The position numbers and the translations under genes are program-made. A DNA stretch of 64,000 nucleotides from Oscillospiraceae bacterium (GTDB taxonomy: Bacteria > Bacillota > Clostridia > Oscillospirales > Ruminococcaceae). The DNA is taken from positions 142 through 64,141 of the forward strand of contig JBJESJ010000149.1 in the NCBI GenBank assembly GCA_051882725.1. The letters run 5' to 3'. The notes beneath the pieces were generated by a model. That model was not told the origin of the DNA. It worked only from the letters and a program-made list of their open reading frames with translations, and made no database searches. Of this stretch, positions 19,082 through 28,864 are shown piece after piece; position 1 is the first letter of the stretch; every line of letters starts with the position of its first letter.

Positions 19082-20035
19082 ATGGCAAGGAAAAAAAGCG
19101 GCGGAGGCGGAGACAGCGGCCCTAACTGGATGGACACCTACGGCGATATGATAACCCTTATCATGTGCTTCTTCGTTCTGCTTTATTCGATGTCCAATAT
19201 GGATGAGAGCAAATGGCAGGCTATCGCTCAGTCCTTTGCAACGGGCAAGGGCGATATCATCAACGTCGTGGTCTCCAACGAAGAAAAGGTCGATAAGACC
19301 GATGAGGCTGTCTACGTAGATGATGAATCTACCGAGGACGCCGAACAGATCGACTTCGAGGATTTCTATACATATCTGAAAGAGGCGGTCTCCTCTGCGG
19401 GGCTTGACGAAAGCGTCAGCGTGGAGATGGCTAAGACGGGAGTTTATATGAAGTTCCGCGACAGCGTGTTCTTCGCGGGAGATTCCGATGAGCTTCTGGA
19501 AGAGGGACAGTATATCCTTGAGATAATCTGCGACGGTATCAGAGCCGTGGACGACCATATCCTTTCCATAAAGGTCAGCGGTCATACGGCAGAGAGCTCA
19601 GGCTCCGATGTCAATGAGTGGCGCCTTTCTTCGGGACGCGCCGATTCCGTTATCAACTATATGCTCAGTCTGGACTGCTGCGACGCGGATAAATTCCAGT
19701 CCGCAGGCTACGGAAAGTATCGCCCCGTTGTGGCTAACGATACTCCCGAAAACCGCAGCATCAACAGAAGAGTTGAAATAGTATTCGTCAGAAATGACGT
19801 GGATTTTGAGGATCCTGCCGTTATCGAAGAGCTTTTTGAGCTGGAATTTGGTTCAAGCTTTGCGGGCTATTCCGATTCCGAAGGCGGCGATGTGGTCACT
19901 GTGGCTCCCACCGAGGAACCCGATGTTCCTTCAAGAAGCGACCCCGACAGGGAGTATGTTTCAAAGGATGACGTGCTCAGCACACTTCCTCACGATATCC
20001 CCGGACTCAGAGAGAGCGAGGATGCCGAGGAATAA
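19082..20035 (+). CDS. motB: Flagellar stator protein MotB (OmpA-like C-terminal domain)
   Basis: WMDTYGDMITLIMCFFVLLYSMS TM/plug region with a conserved Asp; C-terminal SGHT...RLSSGRADSVINYM...NRRVEIVF. Confidence 0.9.
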   Translation: MARKKSGGGGDSGPNWMDTYGDMITLIMCFFVLLYSMSNMDESKWQAIAQSFATGKGDIINVVVSNEEKVDKTDEAVYVDDESTEDAEQIDFEDFYTYLKEAVSSAGLDESVSVEMAKTGVYMKFRDSVFFAGDSDELLEEGQYILEIICDGIRAVDDHILSIKVSGHTAESSGSDVNEWRLSSGRADSVINYMLSLDCCDADKFQSAGYGKYRPVVANDTPENRSINRRVEIVFVRNDVDFEDPAVIEELFELEFGSSFAGYSDSEGGDVVTVAPTEEPDVPSRSDPDREYVSKDDVLSTLPHDIPGLRESEDAEE

Positions 20036-20198
20036 TAACGAGATATCCTGTCTCCGGACTTAGTGCAGACAAAGGCTGCGGATCGTTTTGCGGTCCTGTC
20101 GGAACATTGAGTCGGGCTTCTGCCCGGTCCTGCGCACTTTGTTTTCGGATCTTGGTGTAAACATAAACAGAAATAGGAAAAAATGAAGGTGAACGCAT

Positions 20199-21203
20199 AT
20201 GGCGGACGTTCTGTCGCAGCAGCAGATCGATGAACTGCTGAACAGCTTCAGCACTCAGGGCGAAAAGGCCTTTGAGGAGATAGAAGATGAGGCAGAGAAA
20301 AAAATTAAAAACTACGATTTCAAGACGCCGAAGAAATTTACAAAAGAAAAACTGAAGATCATAGAAGGGATCTTGGAAAACTATGCGCGGACCCTTTCTT
20401 CGTACCTGACGGGACTTATGCGGATATACTGCAAGGTCGAGGTGCTCCAGATAGAGGAACAGCATTATTACGAATTTAATAACGCACTTCCCGATTACGT
20501 AATGATGGGTCTTATAGATATGGGCGTCTCCGATGAGGACGTTCTCGAAATGTCGGTCATAATGCAGCTGTCAAACCCCATAACCTTTACCGTGATGGAC
20601 AGGCTTATGGGCGGTTCGGGAGCTTATACCGAGATAAACCGTGACTTCACCGAGCTTGAGGTTGGGCTTATGACCAATGTGATGACCTCAATGGCAGAGC
20701 TCCTGAAGGAGCCGTGGGGACAGTATATCGATCTTGACCCGGGGCTCACCAACGTAGAAACAAACTCCCGCGTGATGCAGTCTATCCCGCCCGATGAAGT
20801 CATCGTGCTGGGCATGTTCGAGATAGAGATCAAGGACGTGAAGAATACAATGTCCATATGTATCCCCGCTATGAACCTTGAATCTGTGATGAGCAAATTC
20901 AGCGACAAGTGGGCGAGAAATACCAAGAGGCTCGATCCCAACAGGGAAAATGAACGCAGACAGAGTATTCTTGACAATATAAAGGATTCAGGTATACAGA
21001 TCGATGCGGTTCTGTGTGAGACCGATGTGGATCTCTATGATATACTGACGCTGCAGGTAGACGACGTTATTCCGCTTAATATGCCTATAGATGAAAATGT
21101 AACGGTCAAGGTCGGCGGACGCCGCTGGTTTGACGGAAAGCTTGGCGTATACAATAATCGGAAAGCAATTAAAATTGATAATATTTATAAAGAATTGAGG
21201 TAG
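20199..21203 (+). CDS. fliM: Flagellar motor switch protein FliM
   Basis: N-terminal MADVLSQQQIDELLNS (CheY-P binding peptide type); 334 aa; followed by fliY. Confidence 0.92.
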   Translation: MADVLSQQQIDELLNSFSTQGEKAFEEIEDEAEKKIKNYDFKTPKKFTKEKLKIIEGILENYARTLSSYLTGLMRIYCKVEVLQIEEQHYYEFNNALPDYVMMGLIDMGVSDEDVLEMSVIMQLSNPITFTVMDRLMGGSGAYTEINRDFTELEVGLMTNVMTSMAELLKEPWGQYIDLDPGLTNVETNSRVMQSIPPDEVIVLGMFEIEIKDVKNTMSICIPAMNLESVMSKFSDKWARNTKRLDPNRENERRQSILDNIKDSGIQIDAVLCETDVDLYDILTLQVDDVIPLNMPIDENVTVKVGGRRWFDGKLGVYNNRKAIKIDNIYKELR

Positions 21204-21207
21204 AAAA

Positions 21208-22590
21208 ATGAGTGATGAGAACGTTGTAATCGACGGCTTCGGCGATATTGAAAAAGATGCCATCGGTGAGATAATGAATATCACCATGGGCTCTGCCGCA
21301 ACCGCCGTATCCAATATGCTCAGCGCCAAGGTGTGGATCACGACCCCCACGGTAAGCATTTGTAAGGCGGGGGATCTTACATATCCCGAGCTTGAACCGT
21401 CGATAAGAGTAAAGATCGAATATATTTTGGGCGTCAAGGGTCAGAACGTCCTCGTTCTGAAACAGAACGACGTGCAGCTTATTCTCGATCAGCTTATGGG
21501 ACTTCCGCTGGAGGTCACCGACGACTTCGAATTTGATGAGATGAATATCTCGGCGGTCTGCGAGGTAATGAACCAGATGATGGGCGCCTCCGCAACGGCA
21601 CTTTCCGAGCTTATCGATACGCCGATAGATATCTCCACACCCGAAGCTTTCGTACAGAAAAAGGACGAGGACGCTGCAGCTTCCGTATATGCCGCAGACC
21701 CCGATGAATATGTCTGCAAGGTAAAGTTCAACCTTACCATCGACGGAGTTATAAATTCCGAGTTTATTTCCGTTCTGACAATAGATCTGGCAAAGGAAAT
21801 GGCTTCAAAGATGATGGCGGGCTACGGCGCGCCCGAGGAAGCCGAGCCCGAACCTGCTCCCCAGCCGGAGCCTTCTTCGGGCGGTACTATGAGCCAGGAG
21901 GAAATAAATGCTCTGCTTAACGGCACCGAGAGCCTTCCCAAGTCTATGTCGGTACCCGAGCCCTCACCGCAGCCGGAGTCTTCTTCGGGCGGAATGATGA
22001 GCCAAGAGGCGATAAACGCTCTGCTTAACGGCGCAGCTTCAGCTCCGGCTCCGCAGCCTCAGCCCGCACAGGCTCCGCAGCCTCAGCCAGCAGCGGCAAT
22101 GCAGGGTATGCCCCAGATGCAGCAGACCGCGGGAATGGGTATCCCGCAGCAGCCGCAGATGCAGCCGATGAACGGTATGCCCTACGGCGGATATGCGGCA
22201 CAGGCTCCTTACGGATATAATCAGCCTGTGATGCAGGTGCCTCCGCAGCATAACCCCGTGAATGTACAGGCAGTTCAGCTGCAAAGCTTTGATAACTATA
22301 AAAATAAGGACCTCACCGAGGAGCAGAACGATAATCTTCAGCTTCTTATGGGAGTTCCGCTCAATATCACCGTCGAGATCGGCTCCACTAAGAAAAAGAT
22401 CAAGGAGATACTTGAATTTACACAGGGAACGATCATCGAGCTTGAAAGACAGGCAGGCGCGCCCGTTGACGTTATCGTAAACGGACATCTTATCGCTAAG
22501 GGCGACGTTGTGGTTATCGACGACAATTTCGCGGTCAGAATAACCGAAATAATCCGATCAAAATTTTTAGATAATTTAGGTAAGGAGTAA
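21208..22590 (+). CDS. fliY: Flagellar switch protein FliY (CheC-like N-terminal domain plus FliN C-terminal domain)
   Basis: DAIGEIMNITMGSAATAVS and ISAVCEVMNQMMGASATALS (CheC-type repeats). A P/Q-rich linker follows. C-terminal FliN domain NLQLLMGVPLNITVEIGSTKKKIKEILEFTQGTIIELERQAGAPVDVIVNGHLIAKGDVVVIDDNFAVRITEI. Confidence 0.9.
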   Translation: MSDENVVIDGFGDIEKDAIGEIMNITMGSAATAVSNMLSAKVWITTPTVSICKAGDLTYPELEPSIRVKIEYILGVKGQNVLVLKQNDVQLILDQLMGLPLEVTDDFEFDEMNISAVCEVMNQMMGASATALSELIDTPIDISTPEAFVQKKDEDAAASVYAADPDEYVCKVKFNLTIDGVINSEFISVLTIDLAKEMASKMMAGYGAPEEAEPEPAPQPEPSSGGTMSQEEINALLNGTESLPKSMSVPEPSPQPESSSGGMMSQEAINALLNGAASAPAPQPQPAQAPQPQPAAAMQGMPQMQQTAGMGIPQQPQMQPMNGMPYGGYAAQAPYGYNQPVMQVPPQHNPVNVQAVQLQSFDNYKNKDLTEEQNDNLQLLMGVPLNITVEIGSTKKKIKEILEFTQGTIIELERQAGAPVDVIVNGHLIAKGDVVVIDDNFAVRITEIIRSKFLDNLGKE

Positions 22591-22596
22591 AAAACA

Positions 22597-22959
22597 ATGG
22601 ATAAGAAGATTTTACTTGTTGATGACGCAGCTTTCATGAGGATGATGATCAAGGACGCTCTTACAAAGAACGGCTATACCAACATCATCGAAGCCGCCGA
22701 CGGCGAGATCGCCTGCAATACCTATGCGTCGGAAAAGCCCGACCTCGTTATCATGGATATTACAATGCCCAATAAAACAGGCATCGAAGCACTTAGAGAT
22801 ATCAAGAAGGCTGATCCCGGTGCAAAGATAGTTATGTGCTCCGCAATGGGTCAGGAGGCAATGGTCGTTGAGGCTATCAAGCTGGGCGCTCTGGACTTCA
22901 TCGTTAAGCCCTTCAAGCCCGACAGGATCATTCAGACAGTTCAGAAGATCATCGGCTGA
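22597..22959 (+). CDS. cheY: Chemotaxis response regulator CheY
   Basis: 120 aa with the receiver motifs LLVDDAAFMR, LVIMDITMP and FIVKPF. Confidence 0.92.
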   Translation: MDKKILLVDDAAFMRMMIKDALTKNGYTNIIEAADGEIACNTYASEKPDLVIMDITMPNKTGIEALRDIKKADPGAKIVMCSAMGQEAMVVEAIKLGALDFIVKPFKPDRIIQTVQKIIG

Positions 22960-23034
22960 TCGCGTTACATAGGCACGGCAAGGGGCAGATCATACCTCAG
23001 CCGTGCATTATGCGTTATTTATAGGAGATTTTTC

Positions 23035-23412
23035 ATGGCTGAATTTTTCACCGTTATTGTTGCCCTTGCGGCAGTGCTCGGTCTGATATTCCTTACGATG
23101 TACATAACTAAGCACCTTATGAAGAAATTCAATTTCAGAGGTGCGGGCGGAAAGGGTATCAGGATAATCGACTGCGCAGGCGTCGGTCAGGATAAGTTCA
23201 TCGCCGCTGTCGTGGCAGGAGAAAAAAAGCTTCTGCTGGGAGTGACAGGGACCGAGATAAACGTGCTCTGCGAGCTTTCCGACGAGGATATCGCTGCTAT
23301 GACCGCGGAGGACAAGTCCGCCGATAACGGCGGAAAGACCTTCGGGGATTATCTTGCCGAGAATATCAAGGAAAAATTCGGAGGAACCAAAAAGGACGGT
23401 AAGGGAAGATGA
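23035..23412 (+). CDS. fliO: Flagellar biosynthesis protein FliO (FliZ in Bacillus nomenclature)
   Basis: Single N-terminal TM (FFTVIVALAAVLGLIFLTMYI), then IRIIDCAGVGQDKFIAAVVAGEKKLLLGV. ATGA overlap with fliP. Confidence 0.7.
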   Translation: MAEFFTVIVALAAVLGLIFLTMYITKHLMKKFNFRGAGGKGIRIIDCAGVGQDKFIAAVVAGEKKLLLGVTGTEINVLCELSDEDIAAMTAEDKSADNGGKTFGDYLAENIKEKFGGTKKDGKGR

Positions 23413-24296
23413 AGCTGCGTAAAATATTAAAAAATCTCTGCGCAGCCGCAGTATGTTCAGCCGCCGTATTTGTAAGCGCATTGGGCGTATCCGCTGCCAT
23501 GGACGGCGGAGACCTATCGGCTGTGACAACTCAGACCGTTGCCGACGCTCTCGACGTGGAAACACCCTATGAGATACCCGAAAGCACGGCTGATACGGGG
23601 ACGACCACCGACGCGCAGACTATTCTGGATTACCTCGACCTGAACAACAACACGAATACGATAGACCTCGTGCTGCTTATTACGATATTATCCATAGCGC
23701 CGTCGCTGCTGATAATGCTCACCTGCTTTACCAGACTGATAATATCCTTTTCGCTGCTCAGAAACGCAATGTCGCTGCAGTCTACGCCGCCTAATCAGGT
23801 GATTGTGGGTCTGGCGCTGTTTCTGACGCTTTTTATTATGCAGCCTGTGTTCAGCGAGATGAACGAGGTGGCGTATGTTCCCTATAAAAACGGCGAGATA
23901 ACTACCGTGGAGGCTATACAGAGGTCCTCGGAGCCCCTGAAGGAATGGATGCTGAAAAATACCGAGGAGGATTCCATGGCATTTTTCATCAATCTGACCG
24001 ACAGCGCCGAGGAGCTTCAGTCCGCTACCGAGGAGGAATTTCTCGAAAAGGTTCCCTTTACGACGGTAGTGCCCGCGTTTATAATGAGCGAGCTTAAAAC
24101 AGGCTTTGAGATAGGCTTTATGCTGTATATCCCGTTTCTTGTCATAGATGTCATTGTGGCGTCTGTGCTCATGTCGATGGGTATGATGATGCTGCCGCCT
24201 GCGACGATATCCATGCCCTTCAAGCTGATGCTGTTTGTGCTGGTAGACGGCTGGTCGCTGCTTATCGGCTCGCTGGTAACGGGATTCAATGTGTGA
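23409..24296 (+). CDS. fliP: Flagellar export apparatus protein FliP
   Basis: SIAPSLLIMLTCFTRLIISFSLLRNAMSLQSTPPNQVIVGLALFLTLFIMQPV and FKLMLFVLVDGW. Carries a long N-terminal signal/extension. Confidence 0.92.
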   Translation: MKLRKILKNLCAAAVCSAAVFVSALGVSAAMDGGDLSAVTTQTVADALDVETPYEIPESTADTGTTTDAQTILDYLDLNNNTNTIDLVLLITILSIAPSLLIMLTCFTRLIISFSLLRNAMSLQSTPPNQVIVGLALFLTLFIMQPVFSEMNEVAYVPYKNGEITTVEAIQRSSEPLKEWMLKNTEEDSMAFFINLTDSAEELQSATEEEFLEKVPFTTVVPAFIMSELKTGFEIGFMLYIPFLVIDVIVASVLMSMGMMMLPPATISMPFKLMLFVLVDGWSLLIGSLVTGFNV

Positions 24297-24309
24297 GGAG
24301 GCGGGATGA

Positions 24310-24597
24310 TTGACTGAGGAGCTTATTCTCCAGATCTTTAAGGACGCAATGATAGTCATCTTTAAAATTGCGGGGCCTCTTCTTATAATAAGCATGATAG
24401 TGGGACTTGTTATCGCCATAATTCAGGCGGCGACGCAGGTCCATGAGCAGACCCTTACCTTTGTTCCGAAGCTGGTCATTATCGGCGTGCTTCTGTTTGT
24501 GCTGGGATCGTTCTTTACGGCTACTCTTACGGAGTTTATCCGGTACATCATGGATATGATAGCCGAAGTGAGCAGTCACTCGGGCGTTATAAGCTGA
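24310..24597 (+). CDS. fliQ: Flagellar export apparatus protein FliQ
   Basis: TTG start after GAGGAGG; IFKIAGPLLIISMIVGLVIAIIQAATQVHEQTLTFVPKL. Confidence 0.88.
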   Translation: MTEELILQIFKDAMIVIFKIAGPLLIISMIVGLVIAIIQAATQVHEQTLTFVPKLVIIGVLLFVLGSFFTATLTEFIRYIMDMIAEVSSHSGVIS

Positions 24598-24610
24598 CGG
24601 GAGAAGCGCT

Positions 24611-25393
24611 ATGGATTTCTGGGAGCTTCTTTTAGGCAGCTTAGATGTAAAAATACTTGTTTTTGCGCGTATTCTCGGAGCATTTGCGTTCACTCCGCTG
24701 CTCTCGCGGGACAGCTTTCCCGCGCAGGCAAAGATAGGAGTGTCGCTGCTCATAACATACATAATCACGCTCACTATGGGCGTGACCGAGGTGGATACCG
24801 GAGTTACTGTGGGAGCGTATATGGCCGCTATTCTCAGTGAAATGTTCGTCGGAGCTGTGATAGGCTTTGTTATGAATATGTTCATGCTCATGGTGCAGAT
24901 GTCCGGCGATGTCATGGACTCCCAGACAGGTCTGGGCATGGCGAAGATATTCGACCCCGATACAAAGATACAGATGTCGGTTTTCGGTTCATTTATCAGC
25001 TTTATGATGTATATGTACTTTTTCGTGACCGACTGTCATCTTACGGTGATAAATATTTTTATCACCTCCTTTGAGATCATCCCCCTCGGGGGAGGAGAAC
25101 TCAATCCCGATCTTGGCATGCTCATCTGCGAGTTCTTCAGCAATATGCTGGTGATGGCATTGAAGCTTGCGATGCCTATCATTGCGGCGGAGCTTATACT
25201 CCGTTTCTGCGTGGGCGTGCTTATGAAGGCGGTCCCGCAGATACAGATCATGGTAGTCAATATCCAGATGATGCTGGCTGTGGGATTTATCGTGCTGTTT
25301 ATCATTGCCGCGCCTATGGCGGATTTTATCGACGAGTACGTGGCGGATATGCTTGACAGCGCGCTGAATATTATTCCGCAGATATTTGTGTAA
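24611..25393 (+). CDS. fliR: Flagellar export apparatus protein FliR
   Basis: 260-aa polytopic protein, position and GFVMNMFMLMVQMSGDVMDSQTGLGMAKIFDP motif. Confidence 0.88.
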   Translation: MDFWELLLGSLDVKILVFARILGAFAFTPLLSRDSFPAQAKIGVSLLITYIITLTMGVTEVDTGVTVGAYMAAILSEMFVGAVIGFVMNMFMLMVQMSGDVMDSQTGLGMAKIFDPDTKIQMSVFGSFISFMMYMYFFVTDCHLTVINIFITSFEIIPLGGGELNPDLGMLICEFFSNMLVMALKLAMPIIAAELILRFCVGVLMKAVPQIQIMVVNIQMMLAVGFIVLFIIAAPMADFIDEYVADMLDSALNIIPQIFV

Positions 25394-25427
25394 AGCGTTT
25401 TTCTTTCCGAAAGAGTGGTGGTTATAA

Positions 25428-26534
25428 ATGGCAGAGAATGAAAACGGCGAGGAAAAAACCGAAAAAGCCACCCCGAAAAAGCTTAAGGAAGCACGAAAAA
25501 AAGGACAGGTCGCCAAAAGCACTGACGTAGTATCGGTAGTATTTCTGCTGGGAGCCTTTGCGGTGCTGCGGCTGTGCGCAAAGCTCAGCTACAAGGTGAT
25601 AACGCAGAATATCGAATACTGGATGGGCATGTGCGGAAGAGGCTTCGGCGAGGACGGCACCATAGACGGACGTTCGCCGATAATGACTATCTTTGTCAGC
25701 GCCGCTAAGACTATTCTCGTGGCAGCAGGTCCCATGATGCTGTGCGGTATCCTGTTTACGGTAATTGCGACGGGTATCCAGACGAAGTTCCTTTTTTCGG
25801 CGGAAAGCATAAAGCCCAAATTCAGCAAGATGAACCCCATTAACGGACTGAAAAAGATGTTTTCCGGAAAGGCACTTTTCGAGCTGGGAAAATCCCTGCT
25901 GAAGCTTATAGCAGTGGGCGCGGTGGTATTTATTGAGTTCAAAAGCCGCATGCCCGAGTTTGCACGGCTATTTCAGCTTGAACCGCAGGAGTCCTTTCTT
26001 TATATCGCAGATGCGATATTTAATATAGTGATGCAGGTGTGTCTGATATTCGTAGCCATTGCCGTGCTGGATTTCTTCTTTCAGAAGCTGTCCTTTGAAA
26101 AGGACATGAAGATGACCAAGCAGGAGGTCAAGGACGAGTACAAGAACACCGAGGGAGACCCGAAAATAAAGGGAAAACGCCGACAGAAGCAGATGGAGCT
26201 GCACAATCTTATGATGCAGAACGTAAAAGGCGCTGATGTCGTTATAAGAAACCCTACTCATTATGCGGTGGCTCTCAAATATGACCCCGACGTGGGAGAA
26301 GCTCCCATAGTAACGGCAAAGGGCTCTGACCGCACTGCTCTGAGGATAATCAGGACTGCAGAGGAAAACGGAGTCGTTCTGGTGGAAAACCGTCCCCTTG
26401 CGAGGGCGCTTTACGAAAGAGCCGAGGTGGACAGACAAATACCCTTTGAGTTTTATCATGAGGTGGCGGAGGTGCTCATCTTCGTATACGACCTTCAGAA
26501 GAAGGCTCCGCCTGTAGCTAAGAACAAGAAATAA
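25428..26534 (+). CDS. flhB: Flagellar export switch protein FlhB
   Basis: EKTEKATPKKLKEARKKGQVAKS N-terminus and the NPTHYAVAL autocleavage site. Confidence 0.93.
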   Translation: MAENENGEEKTEKATPKKLKEARKKGQVAKSTDVVSVVFLLGAFAVLRLCAKLSYKVITQNIEYWMGMCGRGFGEDGTIDGRSPIMTIFVSAAKTILVAAGPMMLCGILFTVIATGIQTKFLFSAESIKPKFSKMNPINGLKKMFSGKALFELGKSLLKLIAVGAVVFIEFKSRMPEFARLFQLEPQESFLYIADAIFNIVMQVCLIFVAIAVLDFFFQKLSFEKDMKMTKQEVKDEYKNTEGDPKIKGKRRQKQMELHNLMMQNVKGADVVIRNPTHYAVALKYDPDVGEAPIVTAKGSDRTALRIIRTAEENGVVLVENRPLARALYERAEVDRQIPFEFYHEVAEVLIFVYDLQKKAPPVAKNKK

Positions 26535-26566
26535 ATGATCATAGGAAAGGCAGGCTGTAAACCCGA

Positions 26567-28642
26567 TTGAAATTTGATCTGAAAAAAATAATCAGCGGCA
26601 ACTTCGTGACGGTTTTCGTTATCCTTGCCGTTTTCATGATTATTATCCCTCTTCCCACATGGCTGCTGGACGCCATGTTTGCGCTGAATATCGCACTTTC
26701 GGTGCTTATTCTGCTGATAACCATGAATATCAAGGAGCCGCTGGAATTTTCCATATTCCCCTCGCTGCTCCTTATTACGACTATATTCCGGCTGGCGCTG
26801 AATATATCCTCAACGAAGCTCATTCTGTCGAACAAGGGCGACGCAGGTAATATCATCAAGGCGTTCGGCTCCTTCGTTATGAGAGGAAATGCTCTCGTAG
26901 GATTTATAGTATACATACTGATAATGGTGGTACAGCTTGTCGTTATCACCAAGGGCGCGGAGCGAGTTGCGGAAGTAACTGCAAGATTTACTCTGGACGC
27001 GATGCCCGGTAAACAGATGGCTATTGACGCCGACCTTAATCAGGGGATAATCGACGACGCCGAGGCTAAACGCAGAAGAGACAATATCCAGCGTGAGTCG
27101 GACTTCTTCGGCTCCATGGACGGTGCCTCGAAGTTTGTAAAGGGAGACGCAACGTTCTCCATTATCGCAACGCTGGTAAACCTTATCGGCGGAATCATCA
27201 TGGGTCTCATTTTTGAGAGCATGAGCTTTTCGGAGGTCCTCAGCACCTATTCGATAGCAACGGTCGGCGACGGTCTGTGTTCGCAGATACCCTCGCTGCT
27301 GATATCGGTGTCAATGGGTATGATAGTTACCCGTGCGGCGTCCCAGTCCACGCTGAACGACGACGTTTCGGGACAGTTCTCCGCACAGCCGAGAGCTATG
27401 ATAATAGGCGGTATCGTTATCATCGTGCTTATGGTGATACCCGGATTCCCGAAGATACAGCTTCTGGTAATAGGCGGCGCGCTCATTTTTCTCGGAGTAT
27501 TTTTCTCGCGGAACCTCAATTCCGAGGAAAAGCAGATAGAAGAACAGCGCAAGGAAATGGAGGACAACAAGGAAGCCCTTTCCGAAATGGAGTATTACAA
27601 GGACATCAACAACGTTTACAAGCTGCTGAACGTTGAGCCTATAGAAATGGAGTTCGGATACTCACTTATCCCGCTGGCGGACGAAAGCGCAGGCGGTACG
27701 CTTATTGAGCGAATCGTTATCTTCCGAAAACAGTTCGCACAGGAAATGGGAATGGTATTCCCGTCTATCCGAATGAGGGATAATCAGCATATCAATCCAA
27801 ATCAGTACGTTATCAAGATACGCGGCGAGGCAGTCGCCGAGGCGGAAATACTTATGGACCATTTTCTCGCCCTTGACAGCGGAAACGTTACCAAGGAAAT
27901 CGACGGCATTGATACCGTGGAGCCCGCTTTCCAGATACCTGCAAAGTGGGTATCGGCGGAAAACAAGATAGCTGCGGAAATATCGGGCTATACGCTGGTA
28001 GACCCGACATCGGTCATCGTAACGCATCTTTCGGAGGTCATAAAGGCTCATGCACACGAGCTTTTATCCCGTCAGGATGTCAAGACCATGCTGGATAAGC
28101 TCCACGAGACCAATCCTGCAATAGTTGACGATACGGTACCTTCGGTAGTATCGGTAGCGTATCTGCAGAAGGAGCTTGCGATGCTGCTCCGTGAGAATAT
28201 ACCCATCAGGGACCTGCAGGTGATACTTGAAACGCTGTCGGACAATCAGAAGAACCTTGCAGATATGGACATCACCAACGAATATGTACGTCAGGCGCTG
28301 AAACGGACGATAACACATCGTTTTGCGGACGCAGGACAGGTAAGAGTGCTCACACTTGACGCCGAGACGGAGAACAAGATAATCTCGTCGGTAAAGAAAT
28401 CGGAGCAGGGCTCATATCTTGCGATGGACCCCCAGTCGATACAGAAGCTGATAGGGTCGCTCAACGAGCAGATAGAGCGTGTAAGAGACATTATCCCATC
28501 GCCGATAGTATTAACGTCGCCGATAGTGAGGATATACTTCAAGAAGCTGATAGACCAGTTCATGCCGAACATCACGGTATTAAGCTACAACGAGATAGAC
28601 AACTCGGTGCAGATACAAGCGGTAGGCAATGTGGCAATATAG
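26567..28642 (+). CDS. flhA: Flagellar export gate protein FlhA
   Basis: FPSLLLITTIFRLALNISSTKLIL, ARFTLDAMPGKQMAIDADL, FFGSMDGASKFVKGDA; 691 aa; TTG start. Confidence 0.93.
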   Translation: MKFDLKKIISGNFVTVFVILAVFMIIIPLPTWLLDAMFALNIALSVLILLITMNIKEPLEFSIFPSLLLITTIFRLALNISSTKLILSNKGDAGNIIKAFGSFVMRGNALVGFIVYILIMVVQLVVITKGAERVAEVTARFTLDAMPGKQMAIDADLNQGIIDDAEAKRRRDNIQRESDFFGSMDGASKFVKGDATFSIIATLVNLIGGIIMGLIFESMSFSEVLSTYSIATVGDGLCSQIPSLLISVSMGMIVTRAASQSTLNDDVSGQFSAQPRAMIIGGIVIIVLMVIPGFPKIQLLVIGGALIFLGVFFSRNLNSEEKQIEEQRKEMEDNKEALSEMEYYKDINNVYKLLNVEPIEMEFGYSLIPLADESAGGTLIERIVIFRKQFAQEMGMVFPSIRMRDNQHINPNQYVIKIRGEAVAEAEILMDHFLALDSGNVTKEIDGIDTVEPAFQIPAKWVSAENKIAAEISGYTLVDPTSVIVTHLSEVIKAHAHELLSRQDVKTMLDKLHETNPAIVDDTVPSVVSVAYLQKELAMLLRENIPIRDLQVILETLSDNQKNLADMDITNEYVRQALKRTITHRFADAGQVRVLTLDAETENKIISSVKKSEQGSYLAMDPQSIQKLIGSLNEQIERVRDIIPSPIVLTSPIVRIYFKKLIDQFMPNITVLSYNEIDNSVQIQAVGNVAI

Positions 28643-28864
28643 CCGGGGCCGCCCCGGCGGGCGGATCCCGCGTTGTTGTTTTTTAGCTTGGGTTACATTT
28701 TTCCGCGGAAGTGACCGAAAGCCGAAGGCTCCGCAAAAGCGAACAATTACTCGTATATAACTTTTCAGCTGAGAAACGAAAGACATCATCAGCAAATATC
28801 AAGAGACCAGAAAACTTCAAAGAAGAACACAAGCACAAACGAAACGATCCCGATTTCAAAGGGG
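28642..28864 (+). repeat. Copy of the mosaic intergenic repeat family (module 1 plus an A/C-rich tail) filling the flhA-fliA spacer
   Basis: GCCGGGGccgCCCCGGC hairpin whose first G is the last base of the flhA TAG stop. CGGGCGGATCCCGCGTTGTTGTTTTTTAGCTTGGGTTACAT aligns with 52166-52205 and with the reverse complement of 44177-44221. Confidence 0.8.
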
